NCBI GenBank assembly: GCA_951406725.2
Contig: OX597816.1
Location: 42,532,001-42,596,000, forward strand
Source: Octopus vulgaris
Taxonomy: Eukaryota
Direction of reading: 5' to 3'
DNA length: 64,000 nt
Shown: positions 44,129 to 59,030 of the stretch, piece by piece
Layout of the letters: every line of letters begins with the position of its first letter
Numbering within the stretch: the first letter of the stretch is position 1
Position numbers and translations under genes: made by a program
Notes under the pieces: model-generated
Told to the model about the DNA's origin: nothing
Seen by the model: the letters and a program-made list of their open reading frames with translations, nothing else
Database searches by the model: none

Positions 44129-44599
44129 GATAGGTAAGTATAGAGACAAATAGTTTAGATTAATTAAGTTTAAATGTGCATAAAAACCAAGCTGCTCTAT
44201 TGTCTCATATTTTTATCTTGGGAGATAAATTAATGCATGTGCACGCTATTTTAAATGTAAAAGGTGATCAAATGCCCAACGCGTTTGTAGAGTAAATCTT
44301 CATGTATACTACATAGTCTTTCTGTTTTCTCCTTCAGGCAAATAGTGATTCGAGGTGGAAATGATCATCTGTCGGTGAGGTCGTAGCCAAACGATTATGG
44401 AATCTCTGTGACATAAACAGAAAGCTACAAAATTTGCAGACAAAGGACGATTCAGAAGAGCGATGTAGTCAGAAGGATGGAGAATTGTAAAAACAAGGAA
44501 ATAGGCGTTCAAAATGAACAACGCTGTGGAAAACCATCAACTGCAATGGCATGTACGGCTCACTTGCGAGTATAATTAGTTGAATTTTGGGCATACCTG

Positions 44600-45565
44600 A
44601 TTGTTACTACAGGAAATAGGAGTAGATTTTCAATCTTCTGTGATGTGATCTTTGCAGTGTAGGGTCGCATATTGTCCTGATGAAATATCACTCCTTTTCG
44701 ATTCATTAAAGCAGATCTTTTTTCTTCAAAGCTTGTTTCAAACGTTCTAATTGCTGACAGTAGACTTGAACATTGATTGTTGCACTAGGTGTTAATAATT
44801 CAAAGTGAATTACTCCTGTGTAAGCCCACCAGATAGAGAGAACCCTTTTACCATGAAGATTTCTTCTCGGTTGTGTTTGAGCATTTTCCCTTTTACCAAG
44901 CCACTGTTTACGACGTTTAACATTTCGATAGGAGATCCATTTTTCGTCACTAGTCACAAGTCTATCCAAAAAGGGTGAATTGAGTTCGCGAGTCAATTGA
45001 GTTGCAATCATGTCAACTCGGGATTTGCTGTTGCTTTCGGACAATTCATGAGGCACCATGTTGTTGAAGATGACGATGAACAGTTGTATGATTTGAATTA
45101 AGCTTTATTGCCAATTCCTCAACTGAAAATGCAGGATTTTCTTCACGTAATGCCTCAAGGAGCTTATCATTAAACTCACTTGTATGTCCTGTTCGGTCTT
45201 CAACTTCAAGGCTGAAATCTACACTTCTGAATGTTGCAAACCATCTCCTGCAAGTTCTTTCATTCAAGCATTCTTTCCCATAAACTGAGTGTATGTTTCG
45301 AGTCGCTTCGGCTGCAGGGTTTCCATTTTTGCACTCAGAAAGCATTATGTGCCGTATATGCTCTTGGGATATTATGTTCGAAAGATTTAAAATTAAAGAA
45401 ATTTTAAATCTATTGTTCTCTAAAATAATATTCAATGAATTTAAATGTACACAAATGCATAAAAATAATTTTTAATTCCATTAGACATACTAAAATACTA
45501 TTAAATTTCATTCAATTTTTAAAAATAGGTGAAATCGGACAGAACTTATGAGATGACTTCATATT
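44600..45565 (-). mobile_element. Mariner transposon, frameshifted and 3'-truncated transposase
   Basis: HIRHIML, AEATRNIHSVYG..CLNERTCRRWF, VPHEL, LVTSDEKW and FHQDN.RP.TA are mariner DD34D-family motifs. The C-terminal YSPDL part is missing. Confidence 0.92.
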
Positions 45566-45919
45566 TTAAATAGTATATGTGAAACCTCGGATTAAGCTAT
45601 GAAGGATCCGTTTCCATTCCAAAACATATACAGGATTCTATTGGTATGACCGAGCACTAGATATTCAGCATCCAACTATCCAAACAGTGTCCCCTAATTG
45701 TTGCTAAGGATGGTTTTTGATTTGATTTTTGAAGCGTTGGTGAAATTTTAACCTAACCGAACTTTGACACCCAACTTGATAAGTGCAGAGCAGAAATTTT
45801 CTATTACACAAAATGAAGTTAGAAGTTTGCACTAAAAGAGTGTACGGTAGTAGATTCCGTTATCTTCGATATCCGTAGATACTCGTCAAATTCACAAAAC
45901 ACCTAACAACATTTGCAGT

Positions 45920-45965
<46 letters not shown>

Positions 45966-45985
45966 GGGATGAGTGGCTGTATGTG

Positions 45986-46045
<60 letters not shown>

Positions 46046-47391
46046 GAAAGATAGAAATTGTAAGACAACATATTACATTTATAGATATATATACATATAT
46101 ATATATTTATATGTATGTATGTATATATGTATTAAGGATGGTATCACGCAATAAATTGGAAAGTGAAAATGCAATGGCTTACTTATTAACTTACCTTACA
46201 CATACACACGCACAGACACATACATATACGCACACACATTCACACACGCGCGCATACATATGCACTGACGCCCACACATACGCATACACGCACATATACG
46301 ACTTGTTTATGTATGTGTCTGTAAAAACACTGACTTATAAACGAAGATTCCTGCGATTATATCCATCTCGTCTGTATATTGCTATTTTTTTTTTCCTTTT
46401 CTCCCGGTAAAGACTTCCTTCACACTTCATGTATTGTTCATTTGCTTATGGCACAGTTTTACAATTTCCTATTTGTAGCAACGGAGTCCTATTTATTAAC
46501 CGCATGGAATCAATTTCAGATATATGTGTTCTCTACGAAATCTGTTTGAAAAACATGCAAAAAAAAAAATCACAATAAAACGATTTTTTGGTACTTTAGA
46601 TGCATATATTGAATGTACTAAAATGAGAGAATATCAGTAAAATATTTTGTCAGAACAATAATCCACTTCATTGTATTTCAGCTTCGCCAGCGGACTAAGT
46701 TCAAAGAGTACTCTATCTGAAAAATTCTTCTTATAATATACAGAGGTTATCGAGTTTTTAATATTAATATAACTATAATGGTATGTGAAATAAGAATAAA
46801 AATGCATATAAAACTTATATTTTCCATCTCATTTTTTGCTAAGTATTATGTATGTTTTCCTTCATATAGAATAGTTGTTTTTATTTTTAGTATATGCTTG
46901 TATTTTATTCCAATATTACTATATTACTCGTATAGCTATATTACCAGGCTTCATATGAGAATATCCAAATTAATATTGGATAATTAGAAGATGGGGAGAG
47001 GAGGGAATTAAAATCATATGTTTTGTTATTTCCCTTATGTTTTTCCTCATCCGCAAATTATTAAAAACAAAAAAAAAAAGTTGTTTATTTATTTTACAAG
47101 ATAATTATGTATAAACGGGAAAAAAATATTAAAAGAAAACAAACAAAACAAATCAGACGAGCCATTAATCAGATGCTACCCACCAGCAAAAGGTCAGATC
47201 TCAGTGGTGCAAATTAATTCAGTGATTTATAGATAACAGATGGTTGTTGATAGTATGTCTAAACTGTTGGTGTTATTGATAATTTACAAAATTAATTCTG
47301 CTTAAATACACTCACGCAAGTAAACGTCTAATCACACATATGCTCACATATTCACAGATGCACGCTATTTCCGTCTCGCGCGCTACACACA

Positions 47392-47453
<62 letters not shown>

Positions 47454-47561
47454 GATATATATATATATATACATATACACGCACAGATATATGTACATAT
47501 ATGCATTTATACATATACATATACACGAAGATATGTGTAAACATATATGTATATATATATG

Positions 47562-47630
<69 letters not shown>

Positions 47631-48159
47631 ATGTGTTTGTGTGTGTGTGTATACATACATACATCATATGTATATTGTGCTGGTGTGTATAAGTGTACGT
47701 GCTCTGGGGGCTGTAACATTCTAAGTGTGAATACTTCTCATACTAATTATTACATCCAATATGTCGCTTACCCCTCCGAGTATTAGCTTCTGATTACACT
47801 CGCTAATACACATTCATATATACATCATACACATGCATATACAGTACACTCAGAAATATCCGCATATAAATTTTGAAAGACATACCATAAACATATTGAT
47901 TTTTTTTTCCAATGGAAATATTGATACTTTCATACTACGTAGGTTTATTCGTTCACTCCTCAAATATAGAGTCTTGTGTTCGGATTAAAATCCTAGAATC
48001 TTTATTGGATTTATTTTACCAGTTCGTGGAATCGGCTAACACGTTGGGACACGTATTTTGTACACAGAACATACGCAGAGGTTAAACGCCCGTGTGATCA
48101 CCGGTGCAGAGCACTAAAAGATGCAGACGTAGGTGAGAATATGGAATATTATATATATA

Positions 48160-49110
48160 TATATACTGTGTGCGATGGGTAAATTGTTTCCCTTTTATAT
48201 TTTATACTTTGCACATTTGTACTGTTTGTTTTTGATTTCTTTGTCTACACAGTATAGTAGGGTTATCTGGGCACTATCTTTAGGAAAACAGCACCGTGAC
48301 GCAATTCACTACGTCCGATATTTGGAAACGACATGTTGTACTTCTAACCATTCGCGCTGGAAGCTACAATACAAATATATCAGGGTGTCTGTGTGTCAGT
48401 GTGAGCTTTTGCTGTATCCCCAAAATATATACCGAGAGCGATAAAAATCAAACATGCCGTCAACATCATGGTGTTTGAAGCGATCACTAGTGATGGCGAC
48501 GTTATGCTTTCATTCATCTTCCCACACGGCTTCATATTCAACACAGAGGCCTACATCAAGTGCCTGGAGGAGGTAGCGCTTCCCTGAGTGAAGATGATAG
48601 CTGCTGGAATAACCTATGTTTGGCTACAGGACTCTGCATCAGGCCAGAAGAAGCCGGAGAACCCAGTCATGACTGTCAGACAATTTGTGCAACTACCTAA
48701 CATCTGGCCACCTAAATCCCTCAGTGAAGATGATAGCTGCTGGAAGAACCTATGTTTGGCTACAGGACTCTGCATCAGGCCAGAAGAAGCCGGAGAACCC
48801 AGTCATGACTGTCAGACAATTTGTGCCACTACCTAACATCTGGCCACCTAAATCCGCACATTGTAATCTCCTTGATTACTATGTGAAAGGCGCAGTCGAG
48901 TGAGAAGCTAATAAATCTATTTGTAACACCAAAGATAAACTGAAGGCAGGGATTATGGCAACATTCACCAACTTAAACAAGGAGACCGCCCAGAAGAGTT
49001 CCAGGAGATTTCTATGTCTTCTGGTGACCTTGGTTGAAGCCAATGGCGACTTTATTGAATACATTTACTGTTTAGTATTTCAAGGCATGTTAATGTAATT
49101 TTGGTAAATA
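48160..49110 (+). mobile_element. Tc1-like transposon remnant with internal 136-bp tandem duplication
   Basis: IMVFEAITSDGDVM, YVWLQDSA, PNIWPPKS..CNLLDYYV and EANGDFIE are Tc1 motifs. The duplicated unit starts at 48581 and 48717. Confidence 0.85.
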
Positions 49111-49169
49111 TATCTTGGTTTCATTTGATGTAATTAATTTATATACCAGTATACCCCATAATTATAGGC

Positions 49170-50450
49170 TAGAGCCAGTTCAGTTCTGGCTGGGCCAATT
49201 TCTAGAAGAAATACCAGCAAGGATCAGCAAAAATTCGTAACTGAATCGGTTGAATTCGTCCTACGAAACAACCACTTCATGTTTGACAATACGCTTTATC
49301 GACAAAAATCCGGAATTGCCATGGGCGCTAGGGCAGCTCCAGTCATTGCGAACCTAACAATGGCCTATCTGCAAATAATAATATACCAGAAATCTTTATC
49401 TACCTTTGGGAACCCCCTTGCCCAATACATAAAAGAAAGTTGGAAAAGATTCCTAGACGACTGTTTTTTATATTCTGGGATGAAAGCAGAGACAGACTCC
49501 TGAAATCCAAAGACTTTTAAACAGCGTCAACCCAAACATATAGTTCACAATGGGGTACAGCCAAAATGAGCTCCTATTCTTGGATATACTAATTAAAAAA
49601 TAAACCTAAAAATAGAAACGGACATATATTACAAAACCACGGACGTCAAACAAGAAAGATATGCACAATAGTGTCAGAAAAAATAACAGAGACTATAGAC
49701 TGCAAGAACTCAAAAACAAGCTAATTGACAGGCACTACCCAGTTCAACTCATAGAGGATGGAATCAGACGTGCAACACAAATCGACATAGAAACCTTAAG
49801 AAAAATGCAACACAGTAACCCACCTTCCCCGAAAATACTGCCGTACATATCCACATACAATCCAAGAAACAAAGAAGCCTTCACCATCATCACTCAAAAT
49901 TTACCAATGTCACGTAAGGACTCCAAATTAAAGGAAATTTTCCACACACATAAGATCATTAAAAGCCACAATCAACCGAAATCACCAAAACAATTCCTCA
50001 CAAAACCAAAATAATTTTCTAACAGAATGGACGCAAAAGTGAAAATATGTGGTCGACCAAATTGCGCAACATGCCCCAAACTTGTAGAAGGATCAGAATT
50101 CCTTTTCAAAGAGGTACAAAAATTCAAAATCAAATCTGATTTTACTTGTGCTTAAAAAAAAATGATTTATGTTATAAGAGGCACGGGCTGCGACTAAAAC
50201 TACATAGGCTCCACAGGATTATCGCTTAGACGCAGATGTGCTCTGCACCGAGAGCAGATTGCATTCCTAAAATAAAGAATGATACCATTTAGTGAACATA
50301 TTGAGAAATACGCAAAGCAACTGCTACCACAATTTGTAATCTTTCCATTCTATCAATGTGTCATTGGAACACTAGCACAAATTAGATTAAAAAAAGAAAC
50401 CCTACTTCATTGAAAAAATATTAGCCATAACTTAACCATTTATAATATTT
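49170..50450 (+). mobile_element. Penelope-like element remnant (reverse transcriptase + GIY-YIG endonuclease)
   Basis: YRQKSGIAMGARAAPVIANL, RFLDDCF, FLDILI and TDIYYK are PLE RT motifs. They are followed by a CGRPNCATCP linker and MIYVIRGTGCD*NYIGSTG (GIY-YIG). Multiple stops and frameshifts are present. Confidence 0.92.
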
Positions 50451-50812
50451 TTAAATAAGGAAACACGCTTCACTGAAAAAATATAAAGCAAAACCTAACC
50501 ACTTATAACATTCTATTGCTTCTAAACCAAATCATTAAATTAATAAAGCCTAGTCATTTCCAACATTTTTTACTATCTCCCTAATACCGAAAACAGTCCT
50601 TATTACCTTCCATATTTCGCAACATAGCGAAGACATGACACAATATAGGTAAAGAAAGTTGGGAAATTAGAAAAGAAAATACAAAATCGGTTTAATCTCC
50701 AGAAACAATGTTGCTAGACACATTTAATAACATTTTTCTAACATGACGATTTAAATATATTCTTTAACCAAATAACACGAGCCTTCATTATTTTTAAAAA
50801 ATCTATTTTGTT

Positions 50813-50845
<33 letters not shown>

Positions 50846-50858
50846 CTCACATACATAC

Positions 50859-50889
<31 letters not shown>

Positions 50890-51673
50890 CATACACATAC
50901 ATACACACATATAGACGTGAACGAATGTGTCTATTGTCTGCGATGGCGTGTATGTGAGTGTTTGCATGTGTTTGGCAGTATTCCTCGTTGTATCGTGCTG
51001 GGGGGGTGGGGGTGAAAACGTCGGTGACAACATTGTTAAACATTGTTGTTTGCGATATTTAATATGAACAGTGCTATAAATATACTACTTATTCATTTTC
51101 TGTTAGAAATACTGTGTTGAATTTACTAGCCTCTACTGAGATGCGTAACCTGGAAGGGACCCCGATGATAATTCTATATTTGAGTCAATTGAACAGTCAT
51201 CTTACTATGGGTTTATATTTTATATTGATAATGAAGTAATGGCATGGATGGTGTTTAATATATTTAAGTCTGGCAGACAGTTGAATATAATGTGTTTCAT
51301 AAATCTGAATCGGTATAGTCTAACGAATGTATGACAATTGTGTGTGTGAGAATAACTCCACAGTGCTGTATCTGGGTGGAATGTTTAGGAAAGTTTTTAT
51401 TGGATAGGACATGTGTACACGTTTTGCATAACAGAATTAACGAATTCATTAGAGGCTGAAGGAAAAGGATTTTGCAGTGTATCAACAAGGAATGTTCGAG
51501 ATCAGAAATGTTAGGGTAATATACTATCGGCACAAGCAGCTTGAGGAAACAGCATACTCACAACCCTCTCGCTGTATTATATTAATATGCATTTACTCAT
51601 CAGAAATGGTCTCCAATATCTGTGTGAAAAAATATCTCCGATAATGGAACAGTGTTAGTATTGTCATTAATAA

Positions 51674-52190
51674 AAGGCGGCGAGCTGGCAGAAACGTTAG
51701 CACGCTGGGCGAAATGCGTAGCCGTATTTTGTCTTCCGTTACGTTCTGAGTTCAAATTTTGCCGAGGTCGACTTTGCCTTTCATCCTTTAAAGGCGGTGA
51801 GCTGGCAGAATCGTTAGCACGCCGGGCAAAATACTTAGTAGTATTTCGTCTGCCGCTACGTTCTGAGTTCAAATTATGCCGAGGTCGACTTTGCCTTTCA
51901 TCCTTTCGGAGTCGATTAAATAAGTACCAGTTACGCACCGGAGTCGATGTAATCGACTTAATCCGTTTGTCTGTCCTTGTTTGTCCTCTCTGTGTGTAGC
52001 CCCTTGTGAATAGTAAAGAAATCGGTATTTTGTCCGTCTTCAGGTTCTGACTTCAGATACCCCCTAGGTCAACTTTGTCTTTCATCCGTTAGGGGTTGAT
52101 AAAATAAATATCAGTCGACCACTGAGGTCGATGTAATCGACTCATCTGCTTCGCTGAAATTGATGGCCTTGTTACAAATTTTGAAACCAA
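51674..52190 (+). mobile_element. SINE family B with duplicated head and repeated body
   Basis: The AGGCGG(C/T)GAGCTGGCAGAA head occurs at ~51674 and ~51792. The body is as in 22851-23438. Confidence 0.88.
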
Positions 52191-53074
52191 TATAATCATT
52201 GTTGAATCTCCACATGGATAGTAGAGCTGGTGATTACTAACGTGAAAAATAATTCATGGCGTAGCCGTTGTTGTTTAGTTTTTGATGGAGCAGACTCATG
52301 AACAATGAGTAATCTCTCGGTAGAGATGACTTGGAGGGTTTTGTTGCTATTACTAGCGCATGTTAATGAATATTTATTCTCTGCATACTTCGAATACGAC
52401 AATTTTTGTATCAATTCAATCGATTTCGTACTTAATGAATATATACTTATGGTCGTGTAACGAGTGGAGTGAGATAACGCGTGAGCGGTAAGCCATGAAA
52501 GACCTTTTCTCTGATTGCACAAGCATGTCATAAAGCTAGCAACTCATAACTTATCTATTTGAACATGTAACACATCATTGCCTGAAAGAAAAATGATGAC
52601 TATTTTTATAACGTTTATTATTTGTCAGCCGACTTGACATGTGTAACAAAAAAGGGACAAAAGTAACAGCAATTAAAACGAAGAACTACATCTTGGAAAT
52701 AGTTTAGTCGTAATTTTTAATATATGTAGAAAATGTGCCTTTAGATACCCTGATATAATTTTTACGACTGTTATGCAAGAAGATGCCTTACGTCAGAATT
52801 TGTATTTTAAGATTTTGCCTCTAATTCCGGTATTTCGCTTAAAATTTTCGTGAACTGAAAGTAGTCCTTATGAAAATCTGATTACATTCAACTGTCGTGT
52901 GGAGAAAATATAATGGCGCGAGGATAACTTAAGCATTTTATAATCAATTGAAAATTTATGAGCTACTGAAAATTCATCATTCGATATTCAAGACTGTTTA
53001 AAATGAACGTATTTTAGTATGCTAGAGTAGTATTTTATTTCAGAGCAAGTTTCTATCTCTTGGAAAATATATAG

Positions 53075-53240
53075 GTACTTCGTCAGTATTTACGTTGTGA
53101 GTTCAGATGCCGCCAAGTTCAACTATACCGTTCATCCTTTTTGGTGTTGATAACATAAAGTACCAGTTGAGTACATGGGACGAAGTAATCTACTAATATT
53201 TTCGTTGAAAATATCAGACCTTGTGTCTATAGGAGAAAGT
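53075..53240 (+). mobile_element. Old, degenerate SINE family B body
   Basis: TACGTTGTGAGTTCAGATGCCGCC...TTCATCCTTT...AAAGTACCAGTTG resembles the family B body. Confidence 0.55.
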
Positions 53241-53839
53241 AGAAAAGAGCATTAGCTTACAACTCATTACGTTCTGAATTTTTATTTGCTGTATATCTTT
53301 CTGAACCCTTTCAAATAGAGTGATGTTTTAAAAGTATCACCTATCCAAAAAATGTTCTTTTTCTTCTATGTTAGAGAAAATGATTAACTATGTGAATATC
53401 ATAAACGTAGTGTGATGGACAGCTGTCATGAAAACTTCAGCAACGTTCCCTTATGTCAGCAATTTTTTACCACCGAGGAATTAATTTTGTTCTTCAGCAT
53501 TGTCAGATGACACAAAATGCAGTCATAGTAAAAATTAATTACATTATCATTTTATCTTGAAAGGCAATAAAATATAATTAAAAAAAACACAAAAAACTAA
53601 TTGATGTCAGGTGCTTCTGACCATCCAGTTTTATTTTAAATAAATCAAATTTGAATTTTGTGAACTGAACAAATTTTTAAAGATATTTACTACAATCTCT
53701 TTCAGTAATATTTCAACAGATATATTGTATAGCACGGAATGACACTACAGAAGAATATATATGCATACATACATACATGCTCAAATAGATATATACATAT
53801 ATAATTACGGTATTTTTGCGCCTGTATGAATTTCAAATC

Positions 53840-53875
<36 letters not shown>

Positions 53876-55515
53876 AACGGATGTGTTATACATATATAGT
53901 AGTCGGAATACGCTCTCTTTAAGACAGCATGCTTCACATTCGTCGGGTGTTATTGTATCACGTATTCCTTAAATGAATACATATATCGTGAATGGGGTAA
54001 GTATACTGGCAAAACATACACCATGAATAAAACTCGAACGTCAGTGAAGGAAAACTTAAAGTAGGAGCAACAAAATGAAAGGCAGACATGCTTACAAAAT
54101 GGGTATTTATTATGAGCGGGAAAATTACAACGTAAATATAGCCAATAAAATTTCATACACACGCACAGGCGCACGTGCATACGCACGAACCTGCACGTGC
54201 TTATACACACACGCACACATACACATGCGCGTTCAACAATGCAGTTTGAAAACAGTTGGTCTTTATTACTAAATTCCATATTATAGTAAATACCGCTCTT
54301 CTATTTACGCTTATCCGTAGGGAAAAACTGAGCTCATTACATTCACGTTATTGCCAGCCTTTTGATGTGAACCGAACGAAATATCTATAATGTTTGTTTA
54401 TATATAGCATAATAGAAGTGAAGGTAAGCAAAATGATATTTAGCTATTTAATAGCAATGCTATATTAGTATAACTTATGTTAAAACAATGGACATACATA
54501 CAAAAGTGTGCCCCATAGAACTTGTTTCCACATTAAAAAATATGTTTTCCAATGCCATTCTCTTCAAATTTGCAAAAGTTGGTGTAGTTCTTACGGAATT
54601 TATCGCGAGAAAAAAATTTGTGGGAGTATGGGTGAGGAAAGCAGTTTCAAAATTTTCACACGGGTCAAGTTTGTTTCCTCGTAACTTTCGGAATTACGGA
54701 TACTTATAAATGAAAATTTCAACAAATACCGTCCAAAGTGTGGAAATTGAAATTGTATCGGAATTCAAAGGGAAAATATAAACTTGTTGGATAACTCATT
54801 GACATATTAACATACATCACATTTTATTTATTTAAATACAAATTCTGATATAACGGAACAAGCGTCATCTGAAGGGTATTTGAAGAAAATTTCATTAAAA
54901 GATTATCCATTTTTCTGGAAAAGATGCAGCCGGTTAGTGTATATCGTTGCGCATGTCTTACCGGAAGTCCATAGTAAACGTGTATCTATTAAAACGAAAA
55001 TAGTAGACAAACAACATAGAGACAGAGGGGGCGAGTAAAATGTATTCCGTTGCTCACAGTTGTTTTCCAAGTTTTCCTGAGTTATCCTGAACAATGCAGC
55101 CAATTTGGCCACTATATCATGCTCACTCTCTCTACCTCTCTCACCCAACTCTCCCTCTTCCCCAACTCTCTCTCACTCTCTCTCTCTCTCTATCTCTCTG
55201 TCTATGTCTCTCTGTCTCTCGCTTTCTGTTGTTACAGATGTTCTAATCAAAACGTAAAGAACCTATCAGAGGCTGCCAGAATATGTTTCCCGCACCTTTT
55301 GCAATTCAAGTAATCCACTGCCGACGATGCGTTGCAGCTTTCATCGATGCCAAATGGATGAAAGACAGGGTTAAACTCGGCCTTATTTCGACTCAGAGAG
55401 GCGGGATTGAAAATTGCAAGTAGTCTCTATCCAAAGCTACAAACAGCCGCTTGACATACGCCGAAGGATTAGCATAATCTTCTCCTACACAAACACACAC
55501 ATACATATGTACATG

Positions 55516-55549
<34 letters not shown>

Positions 55550-55582
55550 CACACACTAATACAAACATATATATATACAAAT

Positions 55583-55640
<58 letters not shown>

Positions 55641-55672
55641 TTACACGCACATATATATATATATATATATAC

Positions 55673-55725
<53 letters not shown>

Positions 55726-55879
55726 TATCAGTGTGAGTGTGTGTGTTTGTGCGTCTGTGTACAGAAGACCAAGCATCATATACAAGTATTGGACAAAGGA
55801 ATATTTGTTCATACTTCAGCTAAAACATACACCAGTTCTTGTAGTGATGATGGCGGAGGATATTAACTCCATACTTGTT

Positions 55880-56851
55880 TTTCTAAAATTCTCCATAAAT
55901 GTTCAATAATATCGAGATCTAGGGACTGTGGTGGCCAGATAACCTGTTTGGCATCACTAGAATGTTCCTCGTGTCATTCAGTAACAACTTTAGCTGTGTG
56001 AATTGGGTGAATTGGTGCATTATCATCCTGAAAGATTGTATTTCTCTCCGGAAACGGTTCTACAATCATAGGATGAATTTGATTAGTAAAAATGTTTAAA
56101 TCGTCTTGACTATTAATTCTGCCATGAAGAGAAAGTATAGGGCCAGTGAATTTCCAAGATATAGCCCCACCAAATCCTCACAGAGAATCTCTGAAAAATT
56201 TGGAATAAGGCAGTCTGGGTCAAATGCTTCATTTGGCAGTCTGTACACATATACTAGACTGATGGTCGGAAATAAGGTAAAAGATGACTCGTCCGAGAAA
56301 ATAACATTCTTCTACTGCTCTTGGGACCAATTCTGTAGGTTTTTACTCCACTCTAAATGCTTTGCAACCTTTGTTTTGGAAAGTAGTGATATTCTGATTG
56401 CAGCCCTAACATGAAATCCAGGTTTGTGCAGCCCTCGCGAACAGTTATTTTGGAAATTCGGTTCTCGAGGTGGTCATTAAGCTCCGCAGTAATTTTAGGA
56501 GCTGTACTTTTGTGACATTTCTAACACTTCGCGTAAGAGCCTGACGGCCCCTATCTGAAATTTTGGTTTTCTTCCGGAGTTTTGCTTCGACGAGGAGCTT
56601 TTTCGCTCTTTCTCAAAAGCTGTCATTACATTCGAGACTGTACTTCTTGATAGATCTTTGATTTTAATGAATTTTAATTTCCTTTTTCTGATGATATCTG
56701 AAAAGAAACAAGAATTTTAGCAAAACATATTAAGCAACACTAATAGTAAATCAAAAAACAAAAATATACAAGCGGTAGTCAGTTTTATAGATATTTCAAA
56801 ATTATGATGCTATGATGTTAGGTAATTCACTTATTTTGTCCAACCCCTGTA
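55880..56851 (-). mobile_element. Tc1-like transposon remnant
   Basis: Minus strand encodes NVIFSDESSF and FQDDNAPIH. The terminus reads TA|CAGGGGTTGGACAAAATAA on the minus strand, a Tc1-type TIR. Confidence 0.85.
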
Positions 56852-57110
56852 TGTATGTTTGTATTCGTGTATATATGTATATGCATGTGTAAGCACACAA
56901 CTAAACTATACATGCACATATATGAATATATTACTGCAGGCTGTATATTTGATTATATATACGTGTACATATATATATATATATTATCCTGCCACTTTTT
57001 TGATGAAATTTTTTTCTGTAAAAAAACTTTATCTTATATTAGTAGTATAGATATGTATATATATATATATGTATGTATATATATACATATACATATATAT
57101 ATGTATGTCT

Positions 57111-57148
<38 letters not shown>

Positions 57149-59030
57149 TGATTATCTCGTGTTTCAAAATATATATAATATATATGTTGGTGGCAGGATA
57201 CAAAACATTTTTGGGTGCACTCCATTACACCACTTACAATAAATAATACTTTCTCTCTTGCTGTCATATTGTGATGGATAATGACTTAATTGCTAACATC
57301 CTGCTTTTCATCCTTTGATGATAGGTTGCAGTAAATTTTAGCAGCAATTACGAGGGATGAGTGTTTTTGTAACATAATCTTCTTTATCGAGGTAAAGTAG
57401 GCGCATAATATGTCAGAGCATTGACATTTTCAGCAAAATAAAGAAGACAAAAATTTAATTCTCTCATGTATTTCATAGTTTTGGTTCTATGCAAATTCAA
57501 ATTTTACATCTTTTTTAAGCAATTTTAATGAGCAATTAACTAAGCATGTACCGTATATTGATGAGTATCATAAGCGATCATATTTATAAAGTTAATCTTT
57601 GTTATGTAGTTTTAGATTTATTTCCGTTATTTTCATTCTACCTGTGCCATAGAACCACAACCGACAGTAAATATAAATAAACCGTTACCCATGTTTCGAT
57701 CCTTAATTGTTTACTCATTCTTATGTTGATCCGTATCCATGGATTTCAGATAATGTAAAAATCATAACGTTTGGCAGCTAGTATTTCAGCTTTTATTGAT
57801 TTAGTTAAAGCGCCAAAGTCCCTGAGTGTATACGTACCTTTATATCGTAAATTGTTTCCACACCAATTCAGCTGTCATTCATTCACTATCATCGTCAATT
57901 TATTTCAGTAATGCAGAGTAATTCTAAATTTGGTATCGATTAAATACGGTAACATACAAAGTTGATTGATGAATTCTAAGAATAGATCATATTACATCAC
58001 ACACCGGAAGTGAGCTACAAATGTAGCTGAAGAGTATGGATGCATTTAAAGCCATGTACACACCCATATTTAAAGCTGAGTGTAAATATAATTTCTAACA
58101 AATTCCAAGGATATAAGGAGTGAAAGGAGTGTACATTCAATGATGTAAACTCAGTACTTGCATAGGGTATACATCAAAGGTTCAACTTAGAATTACAGAG
58201 ATGTATAGAATACGCAAGTTTACACTCTACTCCAATACCTGGAGGATGTCAGCTTATTGTTTCTTCCGCCATATGATATGGTAACCACGTCTGATCGGGA
58301 CATTGATTCTCGGCGTGCTCAATAACAGAACATCTGTAAATCTTGTGATTTTATCCTGTTGTTATCCAAGATCCAGAGACACATTTGCAGCAAATGTAAC
58401 AATTTTGCAAGCAAATATATTGATATGTTATTAAAAGTAGCTCAGTCCATTATTACAGAGTGATCTGAGATGGCATATAGCGCCCTGAGGCACTGAAGAA
58501 TTGAGCACCTAAATGTCGATAGCTTTCGGGTGTCTAAGAGACCCAAGGGAATGCAATTATGGTTTCACAAAATGAAATATGCTAAAAGCGTATGTTAGTG
58601 ATTTTAGAAGTTTCATTGGACCCACTTCAATATTTGACGACTAATAATTTTCAGAAAGAAACGATATATGAATTTAGAAGATAATGTAAATAACTGGTCA
58701 GATATTGGCATTACTAAAGGTGTAATTAGTAGTGCATGGAATTTTGAGAAGTGTTTATGTTTGGGTTGAACACACGGAGCCTCAGAGAGCACCTCTGCTT
58801 TGGAAATTTGAATAAATTTGTAAAGATCAGAATAAGGATAATCCTGAATGCAACAACAGATTCAAAACATAATAGAACTTGAATATATAATTCAATAATC
58901 ACACAGGCATTTTTCGGTAAAAACAAGAAAACCACAACAAAATACAAGTCTTCACTACTAGACGTAATAAGATAATTCTACAGTACTCATCCGTAAGAAA
59001 AAGAAACACTACATCGTCCATATATACTTA

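Noticed and set aside
51125-51205. Possible hammerhead/pLTR remnant downstream of the Penelope element (CTGAGATG, CCGATGA)
   Set aside because: The core is degenerate and no consistent stems could be drawn.
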